Of a DNA stretch of 64,000 bases, positions 1 to 11,800 are shown one piece after another. The DNA lies in contig JAUCBJ010007014.1 of the NCBI GenBank assembly GCA_032718475.1, positions 101,946 through 165,945 of the forward strand, given 5' to 3'. The stretch's first letter is position 1. Each line of letters opens with the position of its first letter. The translations under genes were made by a program, and so were the position numbers. Under the pieces are notes generated by a model. The model was not told the DNA's origin. It saw only the letters and a program-made list of their open reading frames with translations, and did not search any database. Source of the DNA: Nemertoderma westbladi (taxonomy: Eukaryota; Animalia; Xenacoelomorpha).

Positions 1-3000
1 CAATATTGATCCTCCTCGGACAGGTTTTTGTCCTTTTCAGCAAACTCTTGGGTCTCTAGATTAAAGTATTTAGTCATCTCTTGCTGGGTTTTTTCGTTCT
101 CAAGAAATAAATCCTCGTCAAGGTCTGTAGCTGAGCAATAACCCACGGATGTTACATTCTCTTTAATCTGACATTTAGGAAGGTATGTATAGGTGTCGGT
201 AGTCTCTTCCTTGATGCCGCAGAGTGTCCATCCCATTATTGTTCGTTCAGCGTAAAAACCGTCATCCTGCTTTATAGATTGGGCTACGTCTCCGGTGGGG
301 ATGTGTAATTCCGGTGTATCAAGTCCGATCAGTAGGGTGATGCGGTTTACATCCAACGGCGGGCACCTTAGGTCTACGTCGTCTCGATCCAGCTGTATGA
401 GGGGGGCGTACTCGGCCGATTGTCGGAACCGCACTCGGAGGTCTGTGTGTACCAAGGCATTCTTGATGGTGAGCTTAACTGTCTCGTAGCCCTTCATTAC
501 TCCTTCCATCTGGAGTTGCACCTCCCCAGATTCTACCTCTCTGTGGTCGGTAATAGTTTGTATGGGCCGTTTGCAAGGTTCATAGTCTAGGCCGAGTTGC
601 TTGAGGAAATCCCGGTTGATGATGGTTTCGTCCGACCCGTTATCAAGGAACGCGAGCGTCGTCAAGGATTTGCCGACTCCCTGAATTCTTACTGGGATTA
701 CCTTGGCGAAGACCATGTAACGGCGATTTATAAGGTTGATCGTGGCTGAGATATTTGTCACTTGTGATGCGTTAGTGGAGGTTTTAAACGGGTTAGTTTC
801 CCTTCGTTGAATCGTCCGGGATCCTTTGGAGATGTGGTTCGTCTCTCCTCTTCGTTTGGCTTCAATCCGGAAGGGGAGAGTGGTGAAGTCAAAGTTTGCG
901 GGGATGTGGAGGAGCGTGTGATGACAGAGGGCGTTACAAACCGCACAACACGACCTTTGGTCGCAATCCTGAACGTAGTGACCTGTTCCAAGACACCAGA
1001 AGCATCCTCGGTGTTTCATAATCGCCTCGAAGCGTGGGATGAGTTCGGCAAACTGGAACTTCCTGCAGAATTCAACTTTATGTTTCTCTCCACAGTAGAG
1101 ACAGAGAAGGGAGTTTGTGATGCCTTCCCTCTCGGGTGCCCAATTCGCGAGATAACATGCCCATTCCTCGGCTGATGTCGGTTCCTCGTAGTCTTCGTCG
1201 TTGGAATCCTCTGCCATGGTGATGGCCATCGTACTCACCGGAGGGGAGCGGAATCTCGGTTTCTGAGTGGGTATCTTACTCCTGGAGTTGCTCTCTATTC
1301 CATCTAACTTGGCGAGACTCTGTTTCGAGAACATCGAATCATTCATGGCTTCGGGTATATCGTCCAGGAATGCCGACATTTCAAGGAAGCTGGGATCTCG
1401 ATCTGGGTGTCTGCGCCGGAGATCTATGCATTTATAGGCCCACTTGCTTTGCAGCCATCCGGGGAACTTCCGGGCGATCTGTCAAAGGTTTAGGATGTTA
1501 TTCACCTGGTCCTCCTTATTTAAGGGTTTTAGAGTGTAGTAGGCATCCTTCATGGAGTCTGAGAATTCCTGGATGTTCTGTGGTTCCCCTAGTGATCCCG
1601 CGTCTTGTATCAGTTTCTCTAGAGTTTTATTAATTATAGTCCCGGTATTTCCGTATCTTTTGTCTAGAGTTTTCCATGCGTCGTAGTATGCTTCATGAGA
1701 ACCTCCCTCAAAACAAGCGATGATTCGGCGTGGTTTGTCACCCAGGTATTACGATAAATATACCAGTTTCTGTGCGTCGGCTATGTCCGTTGATCCAATC
1801 TGCGCAAAGAACCGTTTCTTGAATCTGAGGTAATCGACGGGATCTCCTTCGAAGGTGCGGATCTCCATCTTGGTCATGGAGAGGCGGTTTTCCAATGCCC
1901 GGATAATGCCGACGTCGTCCGAACTGGAGTGGTTCGGAGGGTTATAGTTATTGGCACTCTCTCCCATACTCGATGGATCAATGATAGGTGGAGTTTTAAT
2001 GATGACGCGACTACGGGTTTGTGGTGTGGATGTAAATGGGTTGTTGGATCGGGGAGTGGCGTCCCGTTCCGAGTCCCTTTCAGGCTCGTACTTGGGTACA
2101 CTCGTTGCCGTGGGGTTGGATGGGAAATACGGTTCCTCATTTTTAAGCGTAACCGGTGGGGGATGGAACACTGGTGCTTGTGCCGATAACGTAGACTGTA
2201 TGGTAGGCGGGAACTCGGGTTTCGGAGGTTTCGCCGCCTGCGGTGTAAATGACTTCTCTAATTCCGGTATCGGTATTGGTGCATAGTCTTGATCTATATC
2301 CCTTTCCCAGTCCTCGTATAGTTGAATATCTCGTTCTATAAGTGCGGCTTTGTATTCCGCGAGTTTCGCAATATCCGCATTCTTTTTGTGGGTGAGAATC
2401 GCTTGGGCCTCGGCGTGTTGTTTACGCATTTCTGCTTCCCATTTACGTTGTTCGATCTCTTGTCTGGCCTCTTGTTCACGTTGTTCAGCCTCCTGTTTGG
2501 CCTCTCATTCACGTCGTTCAGCCTCCTGTCTATGTTGCTCAGCCCGCCGTTCGACCTCTTGTTTGGCCTCCCGTTTTTGCATTTCGGTGGCAAATATATC
2601 TTGCTCGGTTTGCAGTTGAACGTACTCATCTTCCATCCGAGCTTTGAGGGCTATTGCCTTCTGTTCTCGTAACTGGTCTCGGAGTGGCTGACCCCCTTGA
2701 GAGCTGTGTGCTGAACCGGACACCGTGCTCCTAGCGCTGGAGTGTTGATTTCTAGAGGACCCCGTTCTCTTTCGATGTACTGTTGTCCTGGTGCTGGAGG
2801 TTCGCACTGATTCTGCGTCTGTTCTTTCAGCTCTCTTGTAGTACTGTTCCTCGTAGCCTCTCACAAGGCTGAGGGTCCTCCGGTGTTGTTTGCGGAACTC
2901 ATCTAGATGGACAACATGTTCTTCTAATCTGGGGTAGTTTACCTGATCGGTGGAGGGAACGAGCTCTTGGTACGCCTGTATCATTCTTTCATATCGCTGT

Positions 3001-3215
3001 AAGATGTTTTGGATACTCTGAAGCTGAGTTTGTATCTCGTTGAGGGGGGTTTTGACTCCCTTGAGTTGTTTCTCTATCCGTTGATACGCTCGAGTTACTC
3101 CGCCCTTGAGAGCCCCTAGTCGACGGGTCATGTTCTTGACGTTCGGTACCTCGTCAGCTTCCGAATCTGTGTGGTGGTCCATCTCATTGGTATCGGATAC
3201 GTTGTTCGCCATCAT
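1..3215 (-). pseudogene. BEL/Pao gag-protease, disrupted by stops and frameshifts
   Basis: ORFs 2505-3215 and 1749-2429 give a coiled coil and a DUF1759-like segment (IRTFEGDPVDYLRFKKRF...QKLVYL). Zinc knuckles CFWCLGTGHYVQDC...CAVC...HHTLLH lie at ~905-1010, and the aspartic protease motif LAFLDNGSDET at ~625-660. Confidence 0.85.
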
Positions 3216-3403
3216 TCCAATGCCTCGTTGATAGCTAGATATGCGATGTCGTAGAATAGTTCCTCATAGGTATTGTACTCAGGGTGGGCCACCCGAACGG
3301 TAATCCTGAATCGTCCGACGTTCGTTCCTTGTACTTCCACCTCAACGTGCCAGATTCCTGGCTCAACTTGGATGATATCAATGGGTGTGATCGATACTTC
3401 CAT
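3212..3403 (-). CDS. small 63-aa ORF upstream of BEL-A gag, unknown function
   Basis: ATG start; its TGA overlaps the gag ATG (ATGA at 3215-3212). Confidence 0.4.
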   Translation of the reverse strand: MEVSITPIDIIQVEPGIWHVEVEVQGTNVGRFRITVRVAHPEYNTYEELFYDIAYLAINEALE

Positions 3404-3761
3404 TCCCTGTTAACAACTCTCCAATATGTGATCTGCCCACTACGAGTTGGTGAGATCGAGTTTGTTGATTAATTAAACCACGACTTTGTCTTAACTCAAA
3501 TACCAGAGTTTCCTCGTAGTGGGTGCTGGGTAAGCACGGAGAGAGTTTGAAGAGTATTGTAGAATTCCCATCTTCCACCAGTTGAAATTGGCCGCGTTTA
3601 ATTATCAATTTTGTTGCCGTTATCCCAACACCAGGGGGGAAAAACGCTGATGTTGGAGTCGTGACTTTACAGACCACAGAGTCCCGGCCAGTCACCGGAT
3701 ATTGATTGTGGAGAAGGAATGATTTCTTAGATGCAGGATTGCGGTTGAGGAAAAGTTGCAT
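3378..3761 (-). CDS. 127-aa ORF upstream of BEL-A gag, possibly a degenerate dUTPase-like fold
   Basis: ATG start, beta-rich composition, and motif order loosely matching trimeric dUTPases (VTTPTSAFFPPG, STHYEETLVFEL, GRSHIGELL). Catalytic motifs are not canonical. Confidence 0.4.
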   Translation of the reverse strand: MQLFLNRNPASKKSFLLHNQYPVTGRDSVVCKVTTPTSAFFPPGVGITATKLIIKRGQFQLVEDGNSTILFKLSPCLPSTHYEETLVFELRQSRGLINQQTRSHQLVVGRSHIGELLTGNGSIDHTH

Positions 3762-4000
3762 TGGTTGGTTATACTCTTTAATGTAACTTCCTACAGTTGA
3801 ACCCTGATTGATAATTAATTGGGCTTCCCCAAATCAATATACACCAAATATTCACAATAATTATACACGACAATATAAATCCCTACAGTATATTATTTAA
3901 TTACCCACTGTTCGCTCAGATTTTAGCCTAACTAATGTTCCCCAGATTTTCCCTTGGTCCTAGTCTTAGTGCCGTAGTGTCGGTGTCGGTTGACCCTGTT

Positions 4001-4795
4001 GCGTGTCCGTTCCACCCCTCCCGAACCCCGAAGGGATCGATCATCGAGAACCAGCACGGCTTGGCTAAGGGTTGGTCCAGTCGGTAGACTCTGTTGCTTA
4101 TCCGTCCCACCCCTCCCGAACCCCGAAGGGATCGATCATCGAGAACCAGTACGGCTTGGCTAGGAGTCTGTCATGTCGGTGGACCCGTTCGCGTGTCCGT
4201 CCCACTACTCCCGAACCCCGAAGGGTTCGATCATCGAGAACCAGTACGGCTTGGCTAGGGGTCCGTCGGTTCATCGCAGAGACCCAACCACCTAGGCTTT
4301 CCAAGTCCTTATTTAGGCTCGTAGTCGCTTCGGCAGCCGAGAAACTGCTCCGAACAGTCGGTAGGCCAGTAGAGTCCAGTCCTTTGTCTTTCGACCCCGT
4401 CGCGTGTCCGTCCCACCCCTCACGAACCCCGAAGGGAACGATCATCGAGAACCAGTACGGCTTGGCTAAGGGGTCTGTCGTTGGTTCCCGTTGCGAATCC
4501 CTGGCACAAGCAGCAGACTTTCCGATGTCCTTTTCAGGCTCGTAATAACTGCTGTTGACCAGAGACCGCTAAGGGCAGTCCTCGTCAAACCCTTCCTCTG
4601 TTAGTCGGCCGACCCTTTCGCATGTCCGTCCCACCGATCGCGAACCCCGAAGGGATTGGTCATTGAGAACCAGTATGGCTTAGCTAAGGGGGCTGTCGTT
4701 TCCCGTCGCGAATCCCTGGCACAAGCAGCAGACTTTCCGATGTCCTTTTCAAGCTCGTAATAACTGCTGTTGGCCAGGGACCGCTAAGGGCAGTC
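4001..4795 (-). repeat. five dispersed ~70-bp repeats containing a cUUCGg hairpin, in the BEL-A LTR/leader
   Basis: The core CGAACCCCGAAGGG..CGATCATCGAGAACCAGTACGGCTTGGCTA recurs at ~4001, 4101, 4190, 4400 and 4619. The last two copies sit within a larger duplication (~4400-4580 and ~4619-4795). Confidence 0.9.
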
Positions 4796-5099
4796 TTTGT
4801 CCTTTAGGCCTGGCGCATTACCAAATCCACCTCTACAGGCAGCAGGAAGTTGGCCAGGGCCTAATAGTACTCAGGCTAACCTGAATACTGCTTAACTTTT
4901 CCTCCCACCCCTGGCCCTTATAAACATGAAATTATTCCCGTACCCTGTAAGTCGCCCCAATGTTTGCCCATAAATCGCCCCCAGTCCATTGAATGTGCCC
5001 AAAACCCATGGTCCCGCACCCAGTAGTGATATCGGAATAATCATTTTAAATAAATACAAAAAATATTCAACTCGCGTTATGAAAAGTTGAAATACTGCG

Positions 5100-6249
5100 A
5101 ACAACCCCAGTTTGATCGGGAAATCTAGAATCTCAAAGAATATATTGAACTTGGACGAACCTACTCTTTGCAGGAGTTTTTGGAAGAACGCTTCCAATGA
5201 CAAGTGGAGGAAAATCAGCTCGAGGAGAAGCATGTCGAAATGGACGAGAGAGAAGAAGCAGCTTTAGCCCAGCCAGAAGCTCAAATCCTTATGACTGATC
5301 TTTATTCCAAAACCATTATTCATCCTTCAATGGTTCCCCATTTCGGAGACAAACTTTTCACCATGGTCAACCCCAACTGGTTGATATCAATTTAAGATCT
5401 AGAGATCTTATCGCTGACGCTCCTATGTTACAACGTCCGCCAATCGAGGCTGCTCGTGTCGACGGTGTACTCGTTGAACCTCCGGACAATTGAGCGGATC
5501 TTGTTCATTGTATGGTACACGAGGTCAACCTACGCACTAGACCTTTACCGAACTCATTTTATGGGATCAAAGACCACCCTTATTATGTCAATTTAACTCA
5601 ATATTATATGGTGAAACTGGAAGATCCTACGCACAGTTTAAAGTTTCTACCATTGATAAATCCCGCGGGGACTTGTTCATAAACTCGCATCCAGAGCTAC
5701 AAGAAGTTCATAGACGACCATATGAATATAAAGCCAGAGAACGCGAGTTGGAAAGAACCATCAAACCGAGGAAATTTCTCACTACTCATGGTCAACCAAC
5801 CTACCGCTCTTGTGCAAACGACCCGTCAGGGAACAGTAAGAGCTGCTGTCCTGAAACGCGCTCTAAAGGTTGTTTGACCTCGTTCCACTGAGGTTGATAT
5901 AGATCAACCGGGTACCTCGACCGGCGGATACACCGACTGTAATCCGAAACCTTCCGATGCAATTGTATTGCACCCCTCACCCAGGAGTTATAGCCCTCCT
6001 AGTAAAGTGGCTCGCCCCAAAGAGAAAAGGACTCTTACTAGCCTCAAAAAACTTTGTAAACGCCTATCACATAAGAAGGACTAATAGTTTAGAGTATTTT
6101 TGTATTTTAGAAACTGTGATTTTTTATAATTTAGAGACTTAAATCCCATTTTCTGGGAGCGGTGTAAAAGCTTTTGCGGACATAACAAGTCATTTTCCGC
6201 AATGCGCAGAATACTCTAAAATAGCCCTAAAGTTATCCAACTACGCAAC
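5100..6249 (+). mobile_element. 3' fragment of a BEL element related to BEL-C: accessory-ORF remnant, PPT and truncated 3' LTR
   Basis: 5108-5240 and 5921-6175 are inverted homologues of BEL-C 39425-39812. GGGAGCGG (6155-6162) is followed by TGTAAAAGCTTTTG (LTR start 6163). The LTR is cut off at 6249. Confidence 0.8.
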
Positions 6250-7183
6250 AGTAGTATATGTTTGTATGACATTGCGCCATGGTCACCCATAGCCCATCAT
6301 TACCATCCATTTCTACTCCTTCCTCCAATCAGAAGCCACCATTTCAACCATTAGCAGTGGTCGTTATTATTTCAACCAATCAGATGTCAGCATTTCAACC
6401 GTAAACATGGTAACTTATCAAGTTCCCGCATCTTCCGCTAGAGGCGTTATTAGTCACCCAACGCTACTCCTTCCTACAATCATAAGCCTTTATCTTACAG
6501 GTGTTCGGGTGTCTACACTTAGCATCAGGTAACTTCTACTATTTTTCAAATCGCTATTTTTCAGCAACCAGTATTTTCATATTCACCAACCTTTATTTTA
6601 CAGGCGCTAAGAGTGTCTACAGGTAACTTCTACTATTTTTCATTTCGTAATTTTTCAGCAACCAGTATTTTCATATTTACCAACCTTTATTTTACAGGTG
6701 CTAGGAGTGTCTACAGGTAACTTCTACTATTTTTCATTTCGTAATTTTTCACCAGTAACTAAATTTAATTTTGCAATTTTTCAGATAACAAAATATTCAA
6801 CCGGGTTCGAACTCGGGACCAATATGATTTGCTACAATTCACCGCTCACTCTTCCATCCAACCTCGAAAGAAAAAGACTATAAATATCCGAGTTATAGCT
6901 GTTGAATGCCAAGTAATAATTATTCAATATCGATTTATTCATCATAACTGGTCGCAGATGTTTACAAATAGCTTGTGGTAGTATCAATTATAAATTATTG
7001 TTCATTGAATTCTATACTTATAGCATATATCACCAACGAGATCCAATTATTCTAATGATTTCGATAGCATAAAATGCATATTAATTAATACGAAATACAT
7101 CTAACTAATAATAAGAATCTACTTGTTCTACATACATTATCAGTACAATATTGACAGGTTAATTACGTTTGAATATAAGATGG
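6250..7183. repeat. outer left arm of the large inverted repeat
   Basis: Reverse complement of 54923-55650 and 38118-38233. Contains CCAATCAG repeats and three ~94-bp tandem units (~6526-6760), where the right arm has two. Confidence 0.95.
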
Positions 7184-8834
7184 TGTTAAACTAGCGCGAG
7201 ACGTGCGCGTAAAACCACTCCGGGTCTAAAATTGCCTGCAGCTGGCTTTAGGCCAGCAAATTACTAGTGTGTTGCGCGTACTGAATAATGCGATCTAGCT
7301 TATTGCCCGCTAATGCAAATAACCGCTCAGCGTGAATAGTTTACGGTACTCTAATTATTACGTTAGCTACCCTCCGCTATGCTGCGTACTAATTCTTAAT
7401 TTTACTAATCGATTACAGTCACAAATATGTAACAGCGTACTAATTACTAAGAGTTCCAGAATGCGTAATTCTAATTTATTACACAACAGGTTTCGCTAGA
7501 AATAGCCTAAAATGCCGTATTACTTTGACCTAATCAGTAATTAATTGTTGTAACTAAGAAATAGAAATCAATCAAAGAGAAAGGCGCCGCCTACCTAAGC
7601 ATTCGTAATCATAGGCACACTTCAGTAACACACCAATCAGCGTCAGCAATCACAGCTCGCAATTATACAGTTAACTACAGTGCAGCCCACAGTTGTGCGA
7701 TTCACTCTTCGTACTCCACACTTCACACTGTGATACGTGCAGGCCTCTCCCGGGTACATCTAGGCTTCCTAACTAACCCGATTCCTGCCCCCCTAATACT
7801 AAATAGAGACGAAACCTGGATCATCAGCCCCCTAATTACTGTACCGGCGAATGGTCTGCATGCTACAGTGCGAAACGCCCGACCGCAACGGTGACCCCCT
7901 GCCAGCGTTGCCCGCCTTTGAATCCTCCGCTCTCCCTTAGTCGCCCAACCCCCCGATGCGCCAACCGCCTACCGGCACCTTAGCCCTTCATTTAATTGAA
8001 TAGCTACCGTAGCGGCGCATGCAAAATCACAAAGGTCTGACAGTCTCAGAAAATCCCTTAGGATTATTGCGTAGAGATGAATCACATAGAACCATTAACA
8101 AAAGGGGTAGAAATCATAGTTCTGATTGTAATTAGCAGTAATCGATAGGATTGATTGAGAAACGCAATTGAGAATAGTAGCACTAACAAATCATTTCAAG
8201 AAATTAATCGAAAATATAGCAAATTGCAGAAATACGCAAAATTATACTTCTAACTTAATGGTACTAAATATGTCTGAGTGGTTCAGCAAGGAATGTGGGA
8301 CAATGAAGAAGGAGAAGGTAGGGCTCTACCGGCAAACCGCCAATTTATAGGTGATCCGAGTGGGGTGATGCAATAAGGGTGACGCAATCGCTCTCCTATT
8401 GGCTCTCCAGTCCGCGCTAGCATTAGGCCAACCTGGAAGCAGTTAGTCCAATAAGAAGGCCGGATTGTAGCCCTATTGCTTCCCAAACCCTCAAATTATT
8501 ACCATATATGGTAATGGATCATGTCCCTGGCTGCTGAATGGTTAGGACTGCGTTTCTATGCTAGCCATGTCGAGGCTAATAACAGCAAGCCCGTATCCAG
8601 GGTCCAACAAGAACTTGCTACCCTGGGACTATCTACCTATATCCTAATACAAAATTACATAGATAGGGCTACGTACTATACAAAATGGATGAATTCAAAA
8701 TATATGGGCGTTTTAACTTCCTTATCTAAATGTCACCGCACTGTGCCTTATCTAAATAATTATACTGCATAATAACAAACATATTATACTGTATGATGGC
8801 TAATAATGTGGATACAGCGCCATATACCGTAACA
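7184..8834 (-). repeat. BEL-B 3' LTR, lacking ~520 bp present in the 5' LTR
   Basis: Matches 30425-30440 plus 30961-32591 with only a few substitutions. The PPT-like GGAGCGG lies on the minus strand at 8835-8841. Confidence 0.95.
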
Positions 8835-11800
8835 CCGCTCCAAGGGAAATCATACAATGTTTCCCTCCAATTGTAGAAGAGTATAAGGTGATGTATACAA
8901 ACAAAATAAATTTCTTTCAAATAAACTAAATACTTGGTACTACAAATTCTACTATTTACAAATATTGCCATAGATATATTGCATAATGGGTTTACGTACA
9001 AATTAAATTTACAAAATATTATCTCCTTCAATATTAACGATTATTTCATACAAATTAAATTTCAAATATTGTTTCTCGTTCGTTCTACATAATGATTACT
9101 ACATACAAGATCAAATATAAAATTTTTGCTAGGGTAGGTGAAAGGAGTAAGCCAAACCCGCAGGTTTGTCTCCCCAATCACCTCCTTCGCCTCTTTCATA
9201 ATATAAATTCAAATTAATGCAAAATATATATTCAAAATCAACGCAACTAGTATATATGAGTCTAGTCGGGTATTTCTGAAATGCTACAATATACATCAGA
9301 GCGACGATGATGTATATATCTAGAGTCTGTCGCCCTATGCTATAATGTATTATCGACCCGGTCCTGGGTTCTTTGGGCTCGCTCCTCTCCTTTGCCCCCT
9401 ACCCAGATACACTACGCTTGTGTCCTTCTGGGCTCCTCCCCGAGGCGCACCCACGAGGCGGACACCTTTCCACCACCCCTGGGGCCAGTCCGACTGATGT
9501 TATTATCAGACCGGGCCGGGGGATGGCCTGATGCTTCCCAGGTTCAATTTTCAATTCCCCGATCACACCGGCACAGCTCGTCGAACGTGTAGCCAGATGG
9601 ACGGCTACTGTCAACTTACTGTGGCCTGACTGTACATTGAGCCAACTCAGAGAGTCAACCGGCAGGTGGACCAGTCGATAGCGATCGAGCACCAAGGTCG
9701 CCCTTGGGCCTGACCGACGGTCTTGTCCCATGTGGGCTTGCGCTACCCAACATGGAATTTTGACTCGTTTTCACCTGCCTCGCCGGCAGTATTGAAAAGA
9801 CAATACTGTCTGTAGCTCAAAAGCTACTGAACAAGTAACCACTTACCAGTCACTGTACACGTGTACTCAACAGATGTTTACAATATCAAGTACACAAATT
9901 GGACACATACCATGCACACACAGAGGACATAATCGGGAAAGACAAAATCGGGGTCAAAATCGAGAGGGACTAGTTGTATCGACTAGAGAGAACATGAGAG
10001 TCGAGAGTACCTTATTTTGCCGTCAGGGCAAAATAACTTTGTGTGCACAAAGTATGCTAGGGCGCAGTAAAATATGGTCCTACTAATACCAGCGGCATCT
10101 GGCTCAACCGGCAAGGTTTCCCACACTCACTCGCAGTGGCCATACACACAATCACGTGTACTCACGTACCCACAGCAACAGAAAGCTCAAAGACCCAAAC
10201 AAATCCCAAAAACCAATCAGCTGAACATGGAGACAATAACATATAGTATCAAAAAAACGGAACAGCTGATGGCCAAAGGAACCCATCCGAGCCCCAAGTA
10301 AACTGCCACTGATCGCCCACATGCAAATCACAGTTCACACCACATGAACCACAAATCACGCCATGCCACCACCCCTACTGTGTACAGGACTGGCAATACG
10401 GCAACATGCCGACTAGACGGAACCACGGCACCATGTTGATTCATGGTTCGCTAGACACGAGGGCCTTAAGTAACTCCCTTGCACTATACCAGAGATTTAA
10501 CGTGCCCCCAGACCCTCACAAGTCTGCCGCCGCCTGTTGACACCACCCCTATAGAGACCTCACCTCTTTAGGTAGCGTCCTCTGGTAGTTCATTCCGTTG
10601 ACGGCGTCCGAGAGGCGTCACTCCCCGGAACCGGCGACGACGTTCCCTGAGCCCCGACTGATTCGCGACTGGTGCTTCTCCCTCGGCCTCGTCCTAATCG
10701 TGCTCCTGTGGTCGCTTCCGCCAACTCTTCCTTATGCAATTGCACGCGCGCCTTCTCCGACGCCCCCTGCGCCTTGTGCTGCAAGCGCTGAGCCTCAATA
10801 ATCGAATGATAGTGGTCGTCCTTGACTTGACGCTTGTCTCGGACCTCTCCTCCTGGTTCTCTCCGCGAGCCTTGAGCTCCAGCGGTTGTCGCTGTGGTCG
10901 CCGCGATCCTCTGTTCCTGTATCCTCTCAGCGGTCAATGACCCCACTGGCACATGAGTCAACAAGAATTCGTTGCGGTATTGGATAGCCGCCATCCTCCA
11001 ATCACCTCGCGCGCGTACCACCTTTCTAGTTTCCGAAAACAGACCTTTTGTAATTCGGTCGCAAATGGCAACGAAGTTCCAAGTATACTTGTTGTCCATA
11101 TTTAACTGTCTGAAGTATTCTCGGACTACGATAACTCCAGTGTTTTGTGGAAGGTCTTGAGCGGTCAGGATGAGCTCTTGATACTGTGGCAAAGACTGTA
11201 AATACGGCTCATATGTAACGTGAGATGGGTCTACTGCCCAAAATCCGTATCCCGCCTTAAATGGTAACCAACGCATCTGCGCTTGAATGTGGTAGTCGGC
11301 CACACTCTCCCACTTATCTAACATCTCCCGAAGTAGGTTGGTGCTATGGTTTTGGAAGGAATCATCTCGCAGCTGACATCTCGCGCTACGATGTCCCTTT
11401 ACTCCACAATATCCGCATTGAGAAATGAAGACGGTGCATGTGTGAAACGAATGGTCGGTCTCATTACACCAACGGCAAACCTTATGCGCCGCCTCTACTA
11501 CCGCGTCGCACGATTTTTGATTGTGCCTTGTGCTGCCGCACAACTTACATCTACACGCTTGTGGAAACCAGGCCCTCTCGTATATGAGGTCTCCAATCGG
11601 TTTCGCACTTCCTTCCTTCCCAATGTCCAATATGATGTCATCCTCTCCGGTCAACGGTTGCCGATCCGGAACAAAGTAAACATCCTCGCCCTTGTCCTCT
11701 ATCTCCAATATTTCCTCCCGCGTTCGTTTCGGATATGTCTTCTCCACCGGAAGATCCACTCCGAATACCTCTACTAACGTCTCCGGCCAACCCTCCTTAA

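Larger units (their letters stand above)
1..4926 (-). mobile_element. BEL/Pao LTR retrotransposon A, degenerate; runs off the window start, right boundary uncertain (~4800-5100)
   Basis: Minus-strand gag-protease remnants. A probable inner edge of the 5' LTR lies at 3909 (ac|TGTTCGC, the same context as the BEL-C LTR edge at 53719). The partner LTR is not in the window. Confidence 0.75.

Noticed and set aside
4001-4700. CRISPR-like array or hammerhead ribozymes
   Set aside because: The context is a eukaryotic retroelement, spacing is irregular and there are no cas genes. The minus-strand CTCGATGA...GGAG does not match the CUGANGA/GAAA hammerhead core.
8168-8772. Small ORFs duplicated at 31925-32529 (and 38361-39171 vs 53846-54776)
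   Set aside because: They are duplicated only because they lie inside LTRs, and they have no recognisable motifs.
9360-9790. GC-rich island in the BEL-B 3' region as an ncRNA or ribozyme
   Set aside because: CTGATG occurs but without a complete catalytic core or convincing stems; I cannot support it without folding.
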